Part shown: in pieces, positions 23,136-24,000 of the stretch | How positions within the stretch are numbered: the first letter of the stretch is position 1 | How the letters are laid out: each line of letters opens with the position of its first letter | Source of the DNA: Clostridia bacterium | GTDB lineage: Bacteria > Bacillota > Clostridia > Oscillospirales > CAG-272 | Length of the DNA: 24,000 nucleotides | Reading direction: 5' to 3' | Assembly (NCBI GenBank): GCA_017466445.1 | Contig: JAFTUC010000019.1 | Location: forward strand, 1 to 24,000 | Program-made: the position numbers and the translations under genes | The notes under the pieces: model-generated | What the model saw: the letters and a program-made list of their open reading frames with translations, nothing else | What the model was told of the DNA's origin: nothing | Databases searched by the model: none

Positions 23136-24000
23136 ATGAATAAAAAAATGATAGCGTATCTTTTGGGACGCATCCTGCTCGCAGAATGCTTTCTTATGAT
23201 ACCTGCAATGGTAGTGGGTGCCATATATAGCGAGATCTCGGCGCTTTCCTTTCTGATACCAATGACTATCCTGCTTCTCGCGGGACTTATATTCGGCTTC
23301 AAAAAGCCGACAAATACCGTAATATATGCCAGAGACGGCTTCTTCGTCGTTGCTGCAGCGTGGATACTTATGTCCATTATCGGCGCACTTCCTTTCTACA
23401 TAAGCAGCTTTGGAAGATTCGGCGGGGTTTCGCAGTTCTCCTCTATCTGGGACTGCATATTCGAGATGGTCTCGGGATTTACCACCACGGGAGCATCGGT
23501 TCTTTCCGATCCGGGATCGCTTCCGAAATGCCTGCTCTTCTGGAGAAGCTTTTCTCACTGGGTAGGCGGAATGGGAGTTCTCGTGTTCGTGCTCGCCATA
23601 ATGCCGATGTCCGATTCGATGCACCTTATGAAGGCGGAGGTTCCGGGTCCGGTCGTCGGAAAGCTTGTTCCCCGTATGCGTCAGACGGCAAAGATACTTT
23701 ACGCCGTATATACCGTTATGACGCTTGTTCTGATAGTCCTTCTGTGTATAGGAAAAATGCCTGTTTTTGATTCGATTTGTCATGCATTTGGCACAGCGGG
23801 AACAGGGGGCTTCTCGGTCAGGACAGAAGGAATAGCATTTTATAACAGCGCATATATAGATATTGTTCTTTCGATATTTATGCTCCTTTTTGGTATAAAC
23901 TTTAATCTTTTTTACCTCATACTTATAAAGAAAGCTAAGGAAGCGCTGAAAAGCGAGGAGCTCAGATGGTACCTGGTAATCGCGGCACTTGCGACCGTTG
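23136..24000 (+). CDS. trkH: TrkH-family potassium transporter membrane subunit (partial; continues past the right edge)
   Basis: Absent from the ORF track because it has no stop in the window. My hand translation from ATG 23136 stays open to nt 24000: MNKKMIAYLLGRILLAECFLMIPAMVVG...FEMVSGFTTTGASVL...WVGGMGVLVF...HAFGTAGTGGFS. These are the characteristic TrkH/KtrB pore-loop motifs. Confidence 0.9.
   Translation, partial: MNKKMIAYLLGRILLAECFLMIPAMVVGAIYSEISALSFLIPMTILLLAGLIFGFKKPTNTVIYARDGFFVVAAAWILMSIIGALPFYISSFGRFGGVSQFSSIWDCIFEMVSGFTTTGASVLSDPGSLPKCLLFWRSFSHWVGGMGVLVFVLAIMPMSDSMHLMKAEVPGPVVGKLVPRMRQTAKILYAVYTVMTLVLIVLLCIGKMPVFDSICHAFGTAGTGGFSVRTEGIAFYNSAYIDIVLSIFMLLFGINFNLFYLILIKKAKEALKSEELRWYLVIAALATV

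Noticed and set aside
22749-23783. 344-aa minus-strand ORF antisense to the trkA/trkH junction (and ORF 22871-23377)
   Set aside because: It has Arg/His/Tyr/Lys-rich nonsense composition and no SD. It overlaps two well-supported conserved genes.
1-24000. Window-wide scan for tRNA/rRNA genes, CRISPR repeats, IS elements and long direct repeats
   Set aside because: I found no T-loop/acceptor-type tRNA pattern outside coding sequence. The GTTCGAA-like strings at ~15446 and ~21416 are inside cdaA and pepD. I found no regularly spaced repeats and no transposase-like ORF. This was a visual scan, so short or degenerate elements could have been missed.

Overview
This 24-kb window reads like a core-chromosome segment of an endospore-forming Firmicutes/Clostridia-type bacterium. 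That placement is my inference from yunB, cdaA-cdaR, a CIRCE operator, GGAGG-type Shine-Dalgarno sites and the rpmG-secE-nusG-rplK-rplA order. The window is densely coding, and hand-counted sample lines give roughly 50-58% G+C, except the first ~1.44 kb, which is far more AT-rich. Gene order, left to right: DUF4304-like (partial, -), four-helix-bundle PF05635 protein (-), guaA (-), yunB (+), cimA / ogg / SDR (one minus-strand operon), DUF1292-like acidic protein (+), CIRCE + hsp20 (+), lipoprotein / relA / recJ (-), cdaR / cdaA / TM-coiled-coil protein (-), rpmG-secE-nusG-rplK-rplA (+), CPBP-like membrane protein (+), pepD (+), trkA-trkH (+, trkH runs off the right edge). I saw no rRNA, tRNA, CRISPR array, transposase, integrase or recognisable defence gene. 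I cannot point to a convincing, complete novel multi-gene system; most of the window is ordinary housekeeping DNA. The leads I consider worth a second look are: (1) the AT-rich accessory islet that begins exactly at the guaA stop codon, and the ~117-nt imperfect hairpin/repeat cluster inside it; (2) a guaA whose glutamine-amidotransferase domain has lost its catalytic core in frame; (3) a ~180-nt structured leader upstream of rpmG carrying a strongly SD-preceded 26-codon uORF whose stop overlaps the rpmG start; (4) a CPBP-like membrane protein with degenerate catalytic motifs where rplJ-rplL would normally follow rplA; (5) an uncharacterised membrane-anchored protein under a consensus promoter directly upstream of cdaA. 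All functional calls come from my own reading of the translated ORFs and recalled family motifs. No database search was run.
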